This document shows, in pieces, positions 38,134 to 51,203 of a stretch of DNA of 64,000 bases. This DNA comes from Amphiscolops sp. MND2022 (lineage: Eukaryota), in the NCBI GenBank assembly GCA_964187785.1, contig OZ076409.1, positions 32,676,001 to 32,740,000 on the forward strand, read 5' to 3'. Positions within the stretch are counted from its first letter, which is position 1; each line of letters begins with the position of its first letter. Position numbers and translations under genes: made by a program. Below the pieces are notes generated by a model. The model made no database searches and had not been told where the DNA came from. It worked only from the letters and a program-made list of their open reading frames with translations.

Positions 38134-38355
38134 GCATTTGCTATGCGGAGTTTGGAGTGCGAGCCCCAAAGACGACGGGGTCTGCATACATGTACAGCTA
38201 CGTCACAGTGGGGGAGTTCTTTGCCTTTGTGATCGGGTGGAACCTCATCCTGGAGTACATGATCGGGACTGCGGCGGGTGCCAGTGCCCTGAGCTCTTGT
38301 TTCGACTCCCTCTCCCATCATGCAATCAGTGGATTCATGCACAGTCTCGGTGCAG
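38134..38355 (+). CDS. Cationic amino acid transporter (SLC7A14/CAT-like), internal exon
   Basis: [42 protein letters not shown]; flanked by cag| and |gtaat. Confidence 0.9.
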
Positions 38356-38842
38356 GTAATTACTCATCCAAAAACACATTAGAATGTTATAACAGTTGTA
38401 CGTATAGCTTTGCTCTCAAATGTCCATTCTAAATATTGAAAGAGTCGAATTCGCATAGGCATGACTGAGAGATGTCTCTGAATGTACTTTTGTGTTTCTG
38501 TTTCTGTTTATATTTTATACGCCTGAAAGCAACAAAATAATAAACTCTTCTTCGTATTTTTTGATGTTGACATAAGCGATACGATTTAGTATAAGAATGT
38601 TCTTATTCCTAGCATTTAATAATTTGTTATTCATTACTCAGTAAGGCTAAGATATTCATCTTGGGATATAAACAACAGGCGTTACTCTAGTTGGAATTAA
38701 AAGATTTTTTATACGCTGCATGTTTTTCTTTCAAAACACAAAAAAAATCAGGGATCCTGCCGGGAAAAATATATTTTTGCAGAATTTCTTTGGTCATCAT
38801 TTTTGGGATGTTGTTAATTGGGAAATGTGTTCCTCGTGTCAG

Positions 38843-39063
38843 GTACGCAAGAAGGGCGAGGCTTCCCTGACGTGGTAGCGTTTATCATAGTGATAGCGAT
38901 GACTATCCTGCTAGCGGCGGGTGTTAAGAGCTCCGTCTGGTTCAACAACGCCCTCAACTTAGTGAACTTCGCTGCCTGGGTCTTCGTCGTCATTTGCGGG
39001 CTGTTTTACGTGGAGCCCAACATATGGAAAACGGAAGGGGTTCTGCCATTCGGCGCTTCTGGA
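38843..39063 (+). CDS. SLC7A14/CAT-like internal exon
   Basis: FPDVVAF...GVKSSVWFNNALNLVN...LPFGASG; cag| and |gtaagt; phase matches neighbours. Confidence 0.9.
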
Positions 39064-39360
39064 GTAAGTTATAGCCTCTTCAGCTCTGACCAGTTCATTA
39101 TCACACTCAGAACACGACGATGATGTTAATGGTATTCAAAGTTTTCAAAAGTGACTAATTTTACTTGTGATAAAAATATACTTGTTCGAAATTTCATTTG
39201 TAATTTATCATTTCAGTTTCATGTTTCAACTTGGTAAAATAAATTGTGTTCGTCACCTCCATAACTTGTGCAGATGCAAAAAAAACTAACATAACTTTTC
39301 TTCTTTTCTTTTCAGATGCAATCTTGTAAATCTTGAATTTCCATGCTTGAGCTGTTTCAG

Positions 39361-39575
39361 GTGTTTGCGGGTGCAGCTACGTGTTTCTACGCTTTTATAG
39401 GGTTCGATATAATCGCCACAACGGGCGAAGAGAGTCGTAACCCGAGTAAGAGCATCCCCCTAGCCATAGTGCTCACCCTCATTATCTGCTTCGTGGCGTA
39501 CGAGAGCTGCTCCCTCATCGTGACCTTGATGGTGCCCTATGACACCATCGATCCCGAGAGTGCACTCACAACCAG
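39361..39575 (+). CDS. SLC7A14/CAT-like internal exon
   Basis: [33 protein letters not shown]; tttcag| and |gtattt. Confidence 0.92.
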
Positions 39576-40116
39576 GTATTTGTGCCACATACCACGGATG
39601 CATCCTACCACCGAATCCCAGCTTCCACGGTTGCTGTAATCGTAGAAACCAAGTTTTGACACATTAAGGGACAAAGGCAAGAGTTGAACTCATTGCAAAG
39701 TCATTCTTGCAACGCTTCATCTTAAAATTTTTTAACATTAACTCAAAGTTATTTAAACAAGGGAGATGATTAAACTAAACTATCTTACATACAGTCGCGT
39801 TCCGACACTTTAAGGTTCACATTCTAACTGACGTTCACGATATTGTTTCTTGAGTAGTTTTCGAAAATATTTGATAGCTTTTAAAGATTAGGCACTTAAT
39901 AGAGTTCAATTAGTGCAGTATTTTTGTCAGTAGTTGTATCTTGCGGTCAACCAATGTCGAAAAAAGGCTATTACCAGTCGATACGTTTCCAGTCCTAGTT
40001 TTCCATCAGCCTCAAATTGGCAATTGAATATGCTGTACTTTTGGAAAACTGAAAAAAAATCTGTGTATTTGGTTTGTTTTAATATTGGCGATGCATGCCG
40101 ATTGTCTGTTTTGCAG

Positions 40117-40257
40117 TTTCGTGCAGAGGGGTGCCAACGCAGCCAAGTACTTCGTGGCATTCGGGGCCATTTCTTCGCTCACGGCCAGTCTGCTGGGGTC
40201 TCAGTTCCCCATGGCTCGCATCATCTATGCCATGTCCCACGACGGACTCCTTTTCAA
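40117..40257 (+). CDS. SLC7A14/CAT-like internal exon
   Basis: SLLGSQFPMARIIYAMSHDGLLF; ttgcag| and |gttagt. Confidence 0.9.
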
Positions 40258-40305
40258 GTTAGTCATCATTACTATTCTGCACTTTGAGTGATATTCATGT
40301 ACATG

Positions 40306-40537
40306 AATTCTTTGCGGGGCGAAATTACAGGACGGGAATAAGATCTAAAGGGAATAAAATCTAAAATTTTCGATTTTATTCCCCCTTCTTAAGAATAAGA
40401 TTCAAAGGGAATGAGATCTACTAGATCTCATTCCCTTTAAATCTTATTCTTAAGAAAGGGGAATAAAATCGAAAATTTTAGATCTTATTCCCTTTAGATC
40501 TTATTCCCGTCCTGTAATTTCGCCCCCGCAAAGAATT
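40306..40537. repeat. Near-perfect 232-bp palindrome (foldback-like), centre 40421
   Basis: AATTCTTTGCGGGG...AGATCTA-C-TAGATCT...CCCCGCAAAGAATT, built from GGGAATAAGATCT-like subrepeats. Confidence 0.9.
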
Positions 40538-41442
40538 TTTGGTGAAATTTTAGATCTTATTCCTTTAGATCTTATTCATTAGACCTTATTCCCCCCTCCC
40601 GCTGAGAAATCGCGTAAAGACCCGGCAAAAGAATTACCACACGAATGTGACCATTGTTAGAAATCTTCATCGAAATTTTAAAATCTTAGAATTTTTTCTT
40701 TGTAAGATTCCATCTTGGGATAATGATACGTCTTGGCGGGATTTTAGTAGGAATCTTGAGATCCATGTTTGCCAAGATGTAGAGAGAATTTGGCAAGATC
40801 TTGCCATGGTATCCAAGATGCTAGTAAGAGGGTCAACCCGGTCATCCACCGTCGCCATCGTTGATTTAGATTTACCCTTGAAAGCCAATACCCTATATTC
40901 TTTTTTCCCGGAAACAGTGGTTAATAATTTAAACAATTCAAAACAATCTTTTAATTATAGTTATGAACTTACCTAAAACAATGAATTATGAATGACTTAT
41001 AACAACTATATAGAGTTTCGTTATTTTGCATCTTGTACTCTTATTTTCTTTGAATTAAGAATACGTAGAAGCGTCGAGGTAGCTCCTAATAAAGGCGTCT
41101 TGACTACAGTCACATTGGTCGCACCTTTATCGTTCCAATATAAAGCTCATTAAAAATAAGTTATACAAATTACAACAAATTCACCATTTTTCCAAGCATC
41201 AACCGATGAAGAAAATAAAAACTCAGTTGCCGAAAGTTATTACGTGTGTAGAGTCGCTAAATGTGAATCCAAACGCAGCGAAAAAGTAAGTTCAAAGGGA
41301 ACTATAGAAGATTAACTTAATTAACCAACTATACCGTTTGAAAGCCTAGCGTTCGAACTGGTGAACTTTTCTGCTTTGAATAACTCAAATGTGTTAGATA
41401 ATTTATGCAGAGCAACTGCTTATGCTTTTAAGCTGTCAAGCT

Positions 41443-41975
41443 GAATTCCGGACGTTTCGGCAAAAGACGTTTCGGCAAAAACATGGCGGCGGACGTTTCG
41501 GCAAAAAAATATGCCGAAGCGTCTCAGGCTAAAAACATTTGCCGAAACGTTTCTTGTGATATGTGGGGCATATCCGGTGTATGCACGCTCGCCCTCACCG
41601 TCTCAAAGACCAGCTCCCACTACGATTGCTTCGCGATCTCTGTTCCCGCTAGGTCTTTGCTCCTGTTCGGCCTCGCTTAGCAAGATGGGAATAAAAGCGG
41701 CCCCAAGGGGCAGCGGGGCACTAGAGGAAATGAAGACATATCCGAGGCACGTTTTATGCTTTCCATCATTCCTACATTATTGGTCTTATCGTTTTTCTTG
41801 AATTCCAGAATTCTACAAACTGGTATTCTACAAACTGGACCCAACCAGTTTGTAGAAAACCAAAAGCAAAACCAAGATAATACGGGACCAAGATAATACG
41901 GGACGTTTCGACAATAATTTGCAGAAACGTCTCGATTTTTTTGCCGAAACGTCTTTGCTGAAACGTCCTGCTCCC
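41443..41975. mobile_element. MITE with subterminal repeats and 8-bp TSD GTCAAGCT
   Basis: GGACGTTTCGGCAAAA repeats at the left end, inverted at the right end; GTCAAGCT at 41435-41442 and 41976-41983. Confidence 0.85.
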
Positions 41976-42246
41976 GTCAAGCTACCTCATCCAACACTGC
42001 TACATTTTAATACACGTTCCTTTTCGATTATGTATACGGATTAAATTAAAAAGCAAATTGCTATAAATATTTTAACATGCAACATGACTATTTCCAACCA
42101 GTTAGGAGTATTTTTCTAGGGAAAAATTTCATTCCGTATCATGAAAAACAACCCTACCGGCAACTAATCACCACATTAGAACACTGTTTGTATTGAACAT
42201 TTGTATTATCTCTCCGAATATATTTTTTTGCAATTTTGTCAGATTT

Positions 42247-42272
42247 TCTCTCTCTCTCTCTCTCTCTCTCTC
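42247..42272. repeat. (TC)n microsatellite
   Basis: Direct observation. Confidence 0.95.
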
Positions 42273-44734
42273 TTTGGATTCATGAATTTGCTCTGTTGAC
42301 CCGAGTCGGGATCCCAGGGCAGCAGTTCCATGGGCTATCGATTGACCATCGCATTCCATCGCAATTTTTGCCAGGGAATAAAAAACACTTTTCTAAAGGA
42401 CTTCTATGAAAAAAGATTGGAAATAAATAATTTACATGACAGTATAAGCTCAAGAGAATGCTCAGAATGTAAGGGATCGTGTCAGGAGTCGACCTACGGA
42501 TTCTCAAATACAATCCATAACAAACAATAGCATCTCGAAATCCTAATTTTGTAACAAATAAATTAATAAACCTTCGATGCAGATGACATCCCCAAAATGG
42601 AACATCCATATATCTGAAAAAGTGAAGTACGATTGAGTAGTGTAACTACCAGGAAGGACAGACCACTTTTTGCACTATGATCCAAAAAAGCCCGCCGGCC
42701 TTTCAACAGGGGGTTCTTGCGGTCCAACTTTTAGTACCCCTTCAAAAAAGAAGTTGGGTGGGGTTCTAAATTAAAGACCTCCATATTTGTTTCAAGGTTA
42801 ATTTCAGCAGAGCTTATACGAGCCATATGTTTGTTTTGTGTGAGTGGAATTCTCAAGTGGTTTTGTTTACAATTGTCAAGTGGTTTTGACTTGGCAAGTC
42901 AGTAAAGTGTGTTTGCGGTCTTGTGTTTAGTAAATAGCGGCGGTGAATATTCTTTCATGGTGGATCCCACCCGACAATCTTGGTGGACTAGAAGTAATTT
43001 TAAAATTGTATAGCCGACAAGGAGACTCTATTTACTGCCATTACGATTGTAATTCTTTAGGCTCTTGTCAGAGTCAGAATAGAACTTGGAAGTGCGCTGG
43101 TATTTATAGGATAATAATAAAAAATACATTCTTACAATTTATCATAAAAGAAGGTAATTTCTGTCAAAACCCAAATCAGAGCAGGGTCACGGCTATTAAA
43201 ATGGACAAATCACTCCATGAAAGGGGATTTTTGGTGAACAAAAAGGTTTATTAGGCGTTTCCGGAGCGCCAGATATCTTATGCGTTCCGCCTTCCCTTCA
43301 TTGTTATGTGGTGGCAAAAGTAGAGTGTCAACTCGATCCACTCTGGAGTCAAATACTCAAAGACCTTCGTAGTGTTTGCATCGTTCTCCGTTTGTACCAG
43401 CAAAACTAAATTGTTGCCGTCTATTTCGGCTGCTGTTATGTGGAACGTCTTTTTTAGGTACACAGAAGACCATTTGAAGTTGGAAAAATGCATCTCAATT
43501 CACTGTTTATGTGCCAAAATAATTCATTCAATATACATACCTTTCTGATTCTGCGCCATGAAAGGTCAGATATATTCAACAATCAAAACACAGAGATCTT
43601 TGAATTTACCTTATTGGGTCAACAAATAAAAGTAGTTGATGTGGAATTGTCTAACACCGGTATACACAAGCACTCAACTTTGTCGAACATGAAGGACTTC
43701 ATAATGTCACAGGACAAAGCTCCAGAAATCGAGTATGTTGAGTTTTTGATTTTTATATTTTTGGTGAGCCGGAATCAAATCGAAATTCTTGCAAAAAATT
43801 GAAATTTGCTTTGGCTCCGTTGGAATCTGACAAAATTTTCTTGAACTTGAGTCATTTTAACAGGAAACGTGAAAGTTAATTATGGATAAACATGAAGGAC
43901 TTTCGATAATCGTAGCGAAAGGAATATAGAATCTGAGAATCTGAAGGGAAAAATCTGAGTGGCTTCTACGAAACGTATATATATCAAACGGCTCGGGATT
44001 CACTTTGTTCAGCCAGAGTGTGGACGGTCACCATGACTGACAAATTGAAGCGTGTACTCTGGTTGTCCCAGGGCTTCTAACATGGGTTTGGTGATCCCGC
44101 GATACAACAGTTCAACAACAGTGAACCTAGTTCAATACTACGTTACTGCCGACCAAGTACAGCCATACAGTGATAAGGTCCACGCCCTATGCTATGATCT
44201 GAGTACGGCGTTCATCAGTGAATATGGAGTTTGCGCGTTTGCTAAAAAATTGATCGAGCGAGACTGATCACACAAACACAACGCAATGCATTCGCTTTCA
44301 GTGTTTGCTCAATTCTTTGAAAAAAATTATTTACACTCAATTTTTTGAAAAGCATCAAACTCACGAAAACTCAATTTCAACTACCTAGTTAGCTTTCATA
44401 GTGCAATCATTTCACCTTGCTATAGGTAAAGCAGCCAATAAATTTGAAGGACCACAGTTAACCAATTTACTTGTAGTATTATTGATATTTGAATTGAATC
44501 ATTGATTTTCAAACGTTTTCAAGGTCAAAAATATATCGACAGAAGCATAAGTATATGGTGATGTCTAGACACCATATGTGGTTTCAGACAGCTGTCTAGC
44601 CGCCACATGTGATTCAAATACAGGTCAAAGTACCAACTGAATGGTTAGGAACTGCACTTTTACAACGAAGTTCATATAGTTCCCAACTGCAGTAGAATCA
44701 AGTTGGCAAGTCATTAAAACATTTTCAGGATAAA

Positions 44735-47700
44735 ATGAAATCAACTTTTAATTGTGAGCTGTGTCCAAAAAGTTACAAATGGAAAAATAATTTAACAAAG
44801 CATTTGGAACAAAAACACAAAATTGGATCTCTTCGAGCTATGAATTATTTTTGTGATGTCTGTAATCAAACTTTCACAACAAGACATGCCCTCAAACGTC
44901 ATCAGAAACGTTTACATCGTTTGAGTATTTTTTGTAACAGTTGCGATTTGTAGTTCGTTGACGAAACCGAAATGAAACAACATCAAAACGTCCATCAAGT
45001 AACAGCAGACACCCAAAGTGCTCGAAGCTGTGAAGAGGGCTTTGATTTGGTGGGAAGTACCCGAAAAAGTATTTGAAAGTTTATCGTTCACTCCAAAAGC
45101 ATTGATGTTAGACCCAGTAACTTTCCTCGACCAACATTTTGAACCTATATCTTCATTATTACAGATTGATTTGGAGACTCAATCAAGCAACAAACTTCAA
45201 TTCTCTCAGCGTGTAAAACTTTTCCAGCCCACCACGGAAATCGAAGTGGACACATGTTTCATTTCAAAAATGCAGACGCTTTATAGCAATGGCCTTACAC
45301 CTACAACCTATACGGATTTGAAACATCCAATATTGAAAAAATTCGAAAACTTTTGTCAGTATGGATCAGGGTGAACCGTGGGTAAATATTGAACTTGAAT
45401 CTGAATTTTGAAAACCATACACCAATCAAAGTTGTAACCTTCATTCCACTTCCAAGAACGTTCGCCAACAACCATTTTCTCCTCAATATAAAAACAATCA
45501 AAACAAACAATTGTTTTGAACACTTTATCAGGGCAGCCCAACACTGTTTGACGATCAGCAAACATCGAAACCAACCAGGAGTATACAAAACATTGAGCGG
45601 TCCTGAAATGTCTCAAGTAGAAACGCCTGTGAAACTGAGAGACATTGAAAAAGTTGAAGAGGAAAACAAATTTTCAATTATTGGTAATCTATCGATAAAG
45701 ATGTTTACCCCTTCCGTATATCTCATAAAGGTTATTATCCTATTGATCTTCTTTTATTGGAGGAAGATGGTAAGTTTCACTACTGTCTCATCACGAATTT
45801 TCAAGCTTTCATGAGAAGAGAAACAAAAAAGAAGAATTAATTTTACTGTCGTAAACGTCTTTGTGATAGTTATGAAATAAAATCCTTCGAAAATCACAAA
45901 TTGAATTGTGCAGAAAAACCCTGTCGCATCAAGAGAAACTCCAACACTCAGATGTTTTGGAAAATTTCTCCTTTACAATGCGAGTGCCATTTATCACTCC
46001 CAAAGTGAACGAGTCTCAAAACAAAGCATGTACTCGGAAAATTGAAAACAAAAACCTTGTGGTCTTTTTGCTATTTGCCTGAATGGGGAAGGAAACGTCT
46101 AAAAAAATTTTTCAGCAGAAATGAAATTTGTAATAATCAATTCCTGGATACAATGCTCCTTTGGGCCAAGGATATTTACAAAAACAAACGAAAGTTTCCT
46201 ATATACAGAAAGAAATACGGCGATACGATACTTCTAGAGCAACCTACGCATTGCTCAATTTGTGGTCAAATTCTTTACTCGGAGCGCGTCATTGATCACA
46301 ATCACCTGAATGGAGAAATGGGTGGTATTGCCCATAAAAACTGCAATGCATCATGTAGAACCGGAAATATTTTTCCATAATGGGTCAAAAGATGACTTCA
46401 AACAAGATCTGAGATATTATCAACATGGAGAGGAGGACAAAAAATCAGATTGCTTTGCCAATAACTCGGAAGAGTCTATCCGCTTCTCAAAATCTATCCC
46501 AACGGGATGATTTCAAAACAAAAATAACGAAAAGACAAGTACATTCGAGAGGCTCCGGTTCTTTGACAGTTACCGATTTCGAGCAAAATTATTACGATAC
46601 ATGTCCCGCAAAAGTGGAAAGTGATCACTTGGGGTAAACAGTTTTTTGGGTAGAATAGTCAATGACTGTAAATTTTTCAAAGACTGTGGTAATCCATTAG
46701 TGTAGTGGTACAGCAAAGTGTAATGTGAAGCGTTGAATTCCAGTCAAAATGCATAGTTAGTAAATTGTGTAAAACAGTCAAACTTTACTATCTAATTTAG
46801 AAGGTGTAAGTTAGTCAAAGTTTGAATAAATTTCACTTTTATTGAGTGTTCATTTACAAAACTACCGAAAAGTGTAAATTAGTCAAAGTTTGACTATTTT
46901 ACGGCAATTTAATAACTACTTCAAACACATCATTTTACATTTAATAGTTGCTTGGCGTTTAATTACTTCGACTAAATTACACATTAACTTTGACTGAATT
47001 ACGCGATTAAACAATTACCGCATACGTACAATAACACATACATACAGACACCAAAGTTTACATTGGATGACAGATGCACGCAAAAGAATAACGTGTAACT
47101 AACTAATTATGTCAATTTAGAGTTTAATGATTTGAAGTAATTGCTTACTGGTCATGCCAGTAAGCAAAATGTTTAAACATAAACTGGGCCATATGTTCAT
47201 TTTCCTACACACCATAGGGTTGAAGTATTGTTAGTTAGACGTATTTACAATTTTTGAGACCCTTCAGATGCCACGTTCTCGGCGTGGGTCTTGTTATGGG
47301 CGACACTATGTGATCCCCTAACTGAAAGCCTCTTTAAATCTAAATTATACTGGGAAACTTACCTAAGTTTCCTAAGCTCATTTGAACTAAGTGCTAACTG
47401 ATCATGTCAGTAAGCAAAATTTTCGACCGCTACTTTAATGATTTGATCGAATTGCTCACTGATCATGCCAGTAAGCAAAATTTGTAAATTGAAAATTTAT
47501 GATTTCAATTCTTGTGATTGAATTCAAATCACTCAGAACTCAACACTAATCATCACTGAATCAATACCGATGTTTTCCGACAATAACTGAAACATCTAGC
47601 AAGTGAAATTGATCCATTGCAATCTTCACAACAATTTTGATAAAACCACCTTTAATATAGGTAAACCAATGACTCACAAAACGCGTAAATTAGTCAAGTT

Positions 47701-50002
47701 CATTACTGTACTACACTAATTGACAAATTTACACCACGTAATTAGTAAGACGGCGTAATTCAGTCAAAATGCGAAGTGGAAAATCGCGTAATATAGTCAA
47801 AGTGCGTAGTACTGCATAAGTGCGAAATGCAGTCAATTAGTGTAAATTTATGGACCGGAAAAAAGTGTAAATCAGTCAATTAGTGAATTTTAGTCATTCA
47901 GTGTAACTAATTATTACTTGGTGTAATAGGAGAAAAGTGTAAAACTGTATTTGTAGTAATAACTCGCTGTGATTGGTTATTAATGCAAGTCGCAAGATCT
48001 GGGAACTTGCTTGCGGGGATATGTATCGTAATGATCTCGGAGCAGCCTCATAGAGACTATGAAAGGTTACTCTTCACCATTTTGCTCGTTCGGCGTATCT
48101 AACAAACGAACAAAAGAACCTTTTTCTCCAGCCAGAAAGGTGGTATCAATATAGTTATATGGATTCTTTCACGAAATTCACCGAAACAAAATCACCGGAT
48201 TTTTGTACAAATACTCTAACTAATGAGCGAACTCGGCAAGTATCACGATATTTATTTACGAGTAGACGTTACTACTTTGGCTGACGTGTTTAAAAACTTC
48301 CGGAAATTGTGTTTCCACAACTTTAGTATAGACACAGCCCACTTTATAACAGCCCCCATTTGGCATGGGTCGCAAAGCTGAAAACGACGAAAATGAAGCT
48401 AGACATACTCGCCGAAAAATATCACTCAGATATCGTGAGGGGGGGAATAAGGCATGGCATGTGTGATGACTCCCACAGTCGTACTTTCAAGCAAATAACC
48501 CAAGATGTGAGAACTACGAGGATACGAAGCCGATAACGTGGTTAATACTGTTGGATGCGAACAATTTGTATGGAGGAGGAGTTATGTGTGAAAACTTACC
48601 TTCAGGAAATTATTCAGATGTGAAAAAATCAAAAGAAATTTTGGCGACCAGTGATAGCTCTCAGCATGATTATTTCGTAGTTTTAGACTTTGAATACCCA
48701 ACAGAACTGAATTATCAACAAAACGGGTTTTCGATGGCATCAGATCACATAGAAATCACCAAAGAAATGCTATCAATGTGGCAAACCGAAACCTTCCATG
48801 GTAAACACTTTTACGCCTGTCACTACAGGATAATGAAATTTTACGTGCGACATGGTCTTTTTATTTCCAACGTTCACCGAGTAACGAAATTTGAACAGAG
48901 CCCCTGAATGAAACCTACATAGATATCAATACAAGCATCAGACGTACAGCCAAAACCGATTGTTTGAATGATCTCGAGAAGCTGTTCAATAACTCGGTGT
49001 TTGGCAACACAATGGAAAATTCGATGAATCGACAAAACATTAAGTTTTTTACCGATGAGGAGCAGTGTCAAAAATACATCAGGAAACCGAACTTCAAGAG
49101 TGGTTCAAAATATTTCATCCTGACCTCTGCGCCTTGTTCATTAGCAAGACATTAGTAACTTGGAAGAAAACAACTTACACCGGAGCTTCCGGTTTGGACT
49201 TATCAATATTGGTCATGTATAGGTTTTTGTATGAAACAATAAAACCAAAGTATGGTGATAAGGCAAAATTTTTGTAATCAGACACAGACTCGCTTTTACT
49301 AGCTATTGAAACTGAAAATTTATACAAAGGTTTTGAATCCATGACAGAAGAGTTAGATTTTTCGGATTACCCAAGAGATTACCCGTTATACAGCAATAGC
49401 AACAAGAAAAAGTGCTGAAGATGGAGGATGAAATGAATGATGAGGTGATCGATGAGTACGTCGGCTTGAAAGCGAAAATGCATAGCATCTCAGCGTCAAT
49501 TATGTTTGAAAAATGTGCAAAAAGGGTTACCAAAACAACACAGGAAACTCTACATCACGAGCTGTACAAAGACGTTCTCCGACAAAATCTGACCATCAAA
49601 GAGAAAATGCGAACCTGAAGAAAAAAAACTTGAAGCTCTTTGTGGATGAATGTGAGAAAATTGTTCTCAGTAGTGTAAATAACACGCGGTACATGACAGA
49701 AGGACATGAAACGCAGGCTTTTGGTCACCACAAGGTATTTAACACAAATATTCTCACTAAAAGCACAATCACAAAAGAAAGCCTTAGTCTTTTGGTGATT
49801 GCTAGAGACTTTATTGTAAAAAAAACTCATCTGAGCGGTTAGGCAATAAGCGAGACGAGGGCGATGCTGATTCCGAATTCTTATCAGACGACGACGTTGA
49901 TCCAGGGTTCATATCCTCAGAAGAATCCGAGAGCGAATTAGTATATACTCCCCCAAAATGGTCAAGAATGAACAACCCTTTGATAATATATGAGGCGCTG
50001 TA
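44735..50002 (+). pseudogene. Protein-primed PolB with N-terminal C2H2 zinc fingers, interrupted at ~46581-48038
   Basis: CELC...HLEQKH, CDVC...HQKRLH; IDHNHLNG; FFDSYRF; YHDIYLRVDV..LADVF; LDANNLYG; KLFNNSVFGNTMEN; *SDTDSL. Confidence 0.9.
46581..48038. mobile_element. Nested insertion in pPolB: short TIR element containing a ~1.3 kb AGTCAA-rich insert
   Basis: ATTACGATACATGTCCCGCAA (46591-46611) is inverted relative to TTGCGGGGATATGTATCGTAAT (48011-48032). PolB reads DSYRF before it and resumes after it. Confidence 0.6.
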
Positions 50003-50132
50003 AAAAAGTTGAATGTTGCAATTATATCATAAATTTTATCCGCAATATCGCTGAAATAAATGTTTTCGGGTTTGACTTGCTTTTCTTACAGCGGAGCTCG
50101 ATGGATTATATTCGAAATTATTAGTCACTAGC

Positions 50133-51039
50133 TGTTGGCGCCACTCATCAGCAGGCAAGGAACTCGATTTAGAACCTGCTGAAAGAGAAACAGGACTTAA
50201 ATTTTTGAAAATTTAGAAGAAACTTTGAAGAAAATTCGATCGTCAATTTTAATCAAACCCCCCCAAAGGGGTTTTCTCAAAGACTCTTAGCCATAGAGCC
50301 ATCACACTTGGCACACATATGCAAGGACCTAACACGAACTTACCGGCTACGTTTCAAGGTCATTTATCCACTATAACCCCCTTTACCCCTCACATGCGCG
50401 ATGTTCAAGGTCATTGAACCGAAAAGGTAAACATTGCTATTTACCTATATGACCACATTAGAATGTAAATCTGTTGAAATTGATGAAATTTACATTGTGT
50501 AAACATGCTTCTAACCCACCTGACCAACATGCCAAAATCACCATGTGCTTTGTTTACATAGCCAATAACTTCAATAATTCACTCAAATGTCATTTATTTA
50601 TACTTACCTATTTCGACTTATATTTACTGTAGAAATGTAAACCACATTTATATCCTTATTAGATGGAGATTTTCACCACTGAATAGCTATAGTCAAGTTG
50701 GGTCTTAGGACCAAGAGACTAATCAATCAACTTCTCAATCCTCACAACTTTTCGCTAGAGTCAGAGCGACTAAGTAGCTACTCTCATAGTTGGAGAGCCG
50801 GAGCGCGTGAAGATACAGTAAGGGAAGTGTGTGCAGGATCACATCGGATCCAATTCAGTGCAAAGCGGGATCGCAGGAGATTCCTCGGGTCACATCGGAC
50901 CCACCAGTCAAAGATACAGTCCTTTAAAAACAAGAAAACCAGGAATAGTTTAGTGACGGTCCACAGCACTAAGCAACGGATAAGGGCGGCGTAAAGTTTG
51001 TCAAGCCTCAGCGCAGGATAAAGGCAAGCAGCCGTTACA
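50133..51039 (+). repeat. BEL/Pao 5' LTR
   Basis: Direct repeat of 55748-56656. Confidence 0.95.
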
Positions 51040-51041
51040 TT

Positions 51042-51058
51042 TGGTCCGTCGGCCCGGA
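51042..51058 (+). other. Primer-binding site, tRNA-Tyr-like
   Basis: TGGTCCGTCGGCCCGGA, 2 nt after the LTR; resembles the TGGTCCTTCGAGCCGGA PBS common in BEL/Pao elements. Confidence 0.65.
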
Positions 51059-51203
51059 CAACTCGTTAGTGGACGACCCGGACAACTCGTTGGTGGACGA
51101 CCCGGACTAGAAGAAGAAGACGAGAACGAAGACGTCTCGTTGGTGGACAACTGAGAAGATTGCCCAAGAAGAACAAGTGTCTGGATCTTGGAGTCACTGA
51201 ATT

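Larger units (their letters stand above)
42636..50127 (+). mobile_element. Degenerate Polinton/Maverick-like element B (putative left end plus pPolB)
   Basis: AGTAGT at 42636, about 2.1 kb upstream of a decayed pPolB; right boundary not found. Confidence 0.5.

Noticed and set aside
41483..41801. Next SLC7 exon
   Set aside because: No SLC7 motifs in the translations, and it lies inside a TSD-bounded MITE.
43278..44267. Short ORFs upstream of the second pPolB
   Set aside because: Possibly decayed Polinton genes, but no recognisable motif.
50698..50994. Duplicated 98-aa ORF (also 56315..56611)
   Set aside because: Duplicated only because it lies in the LTRs; non-ATG start and no motif.
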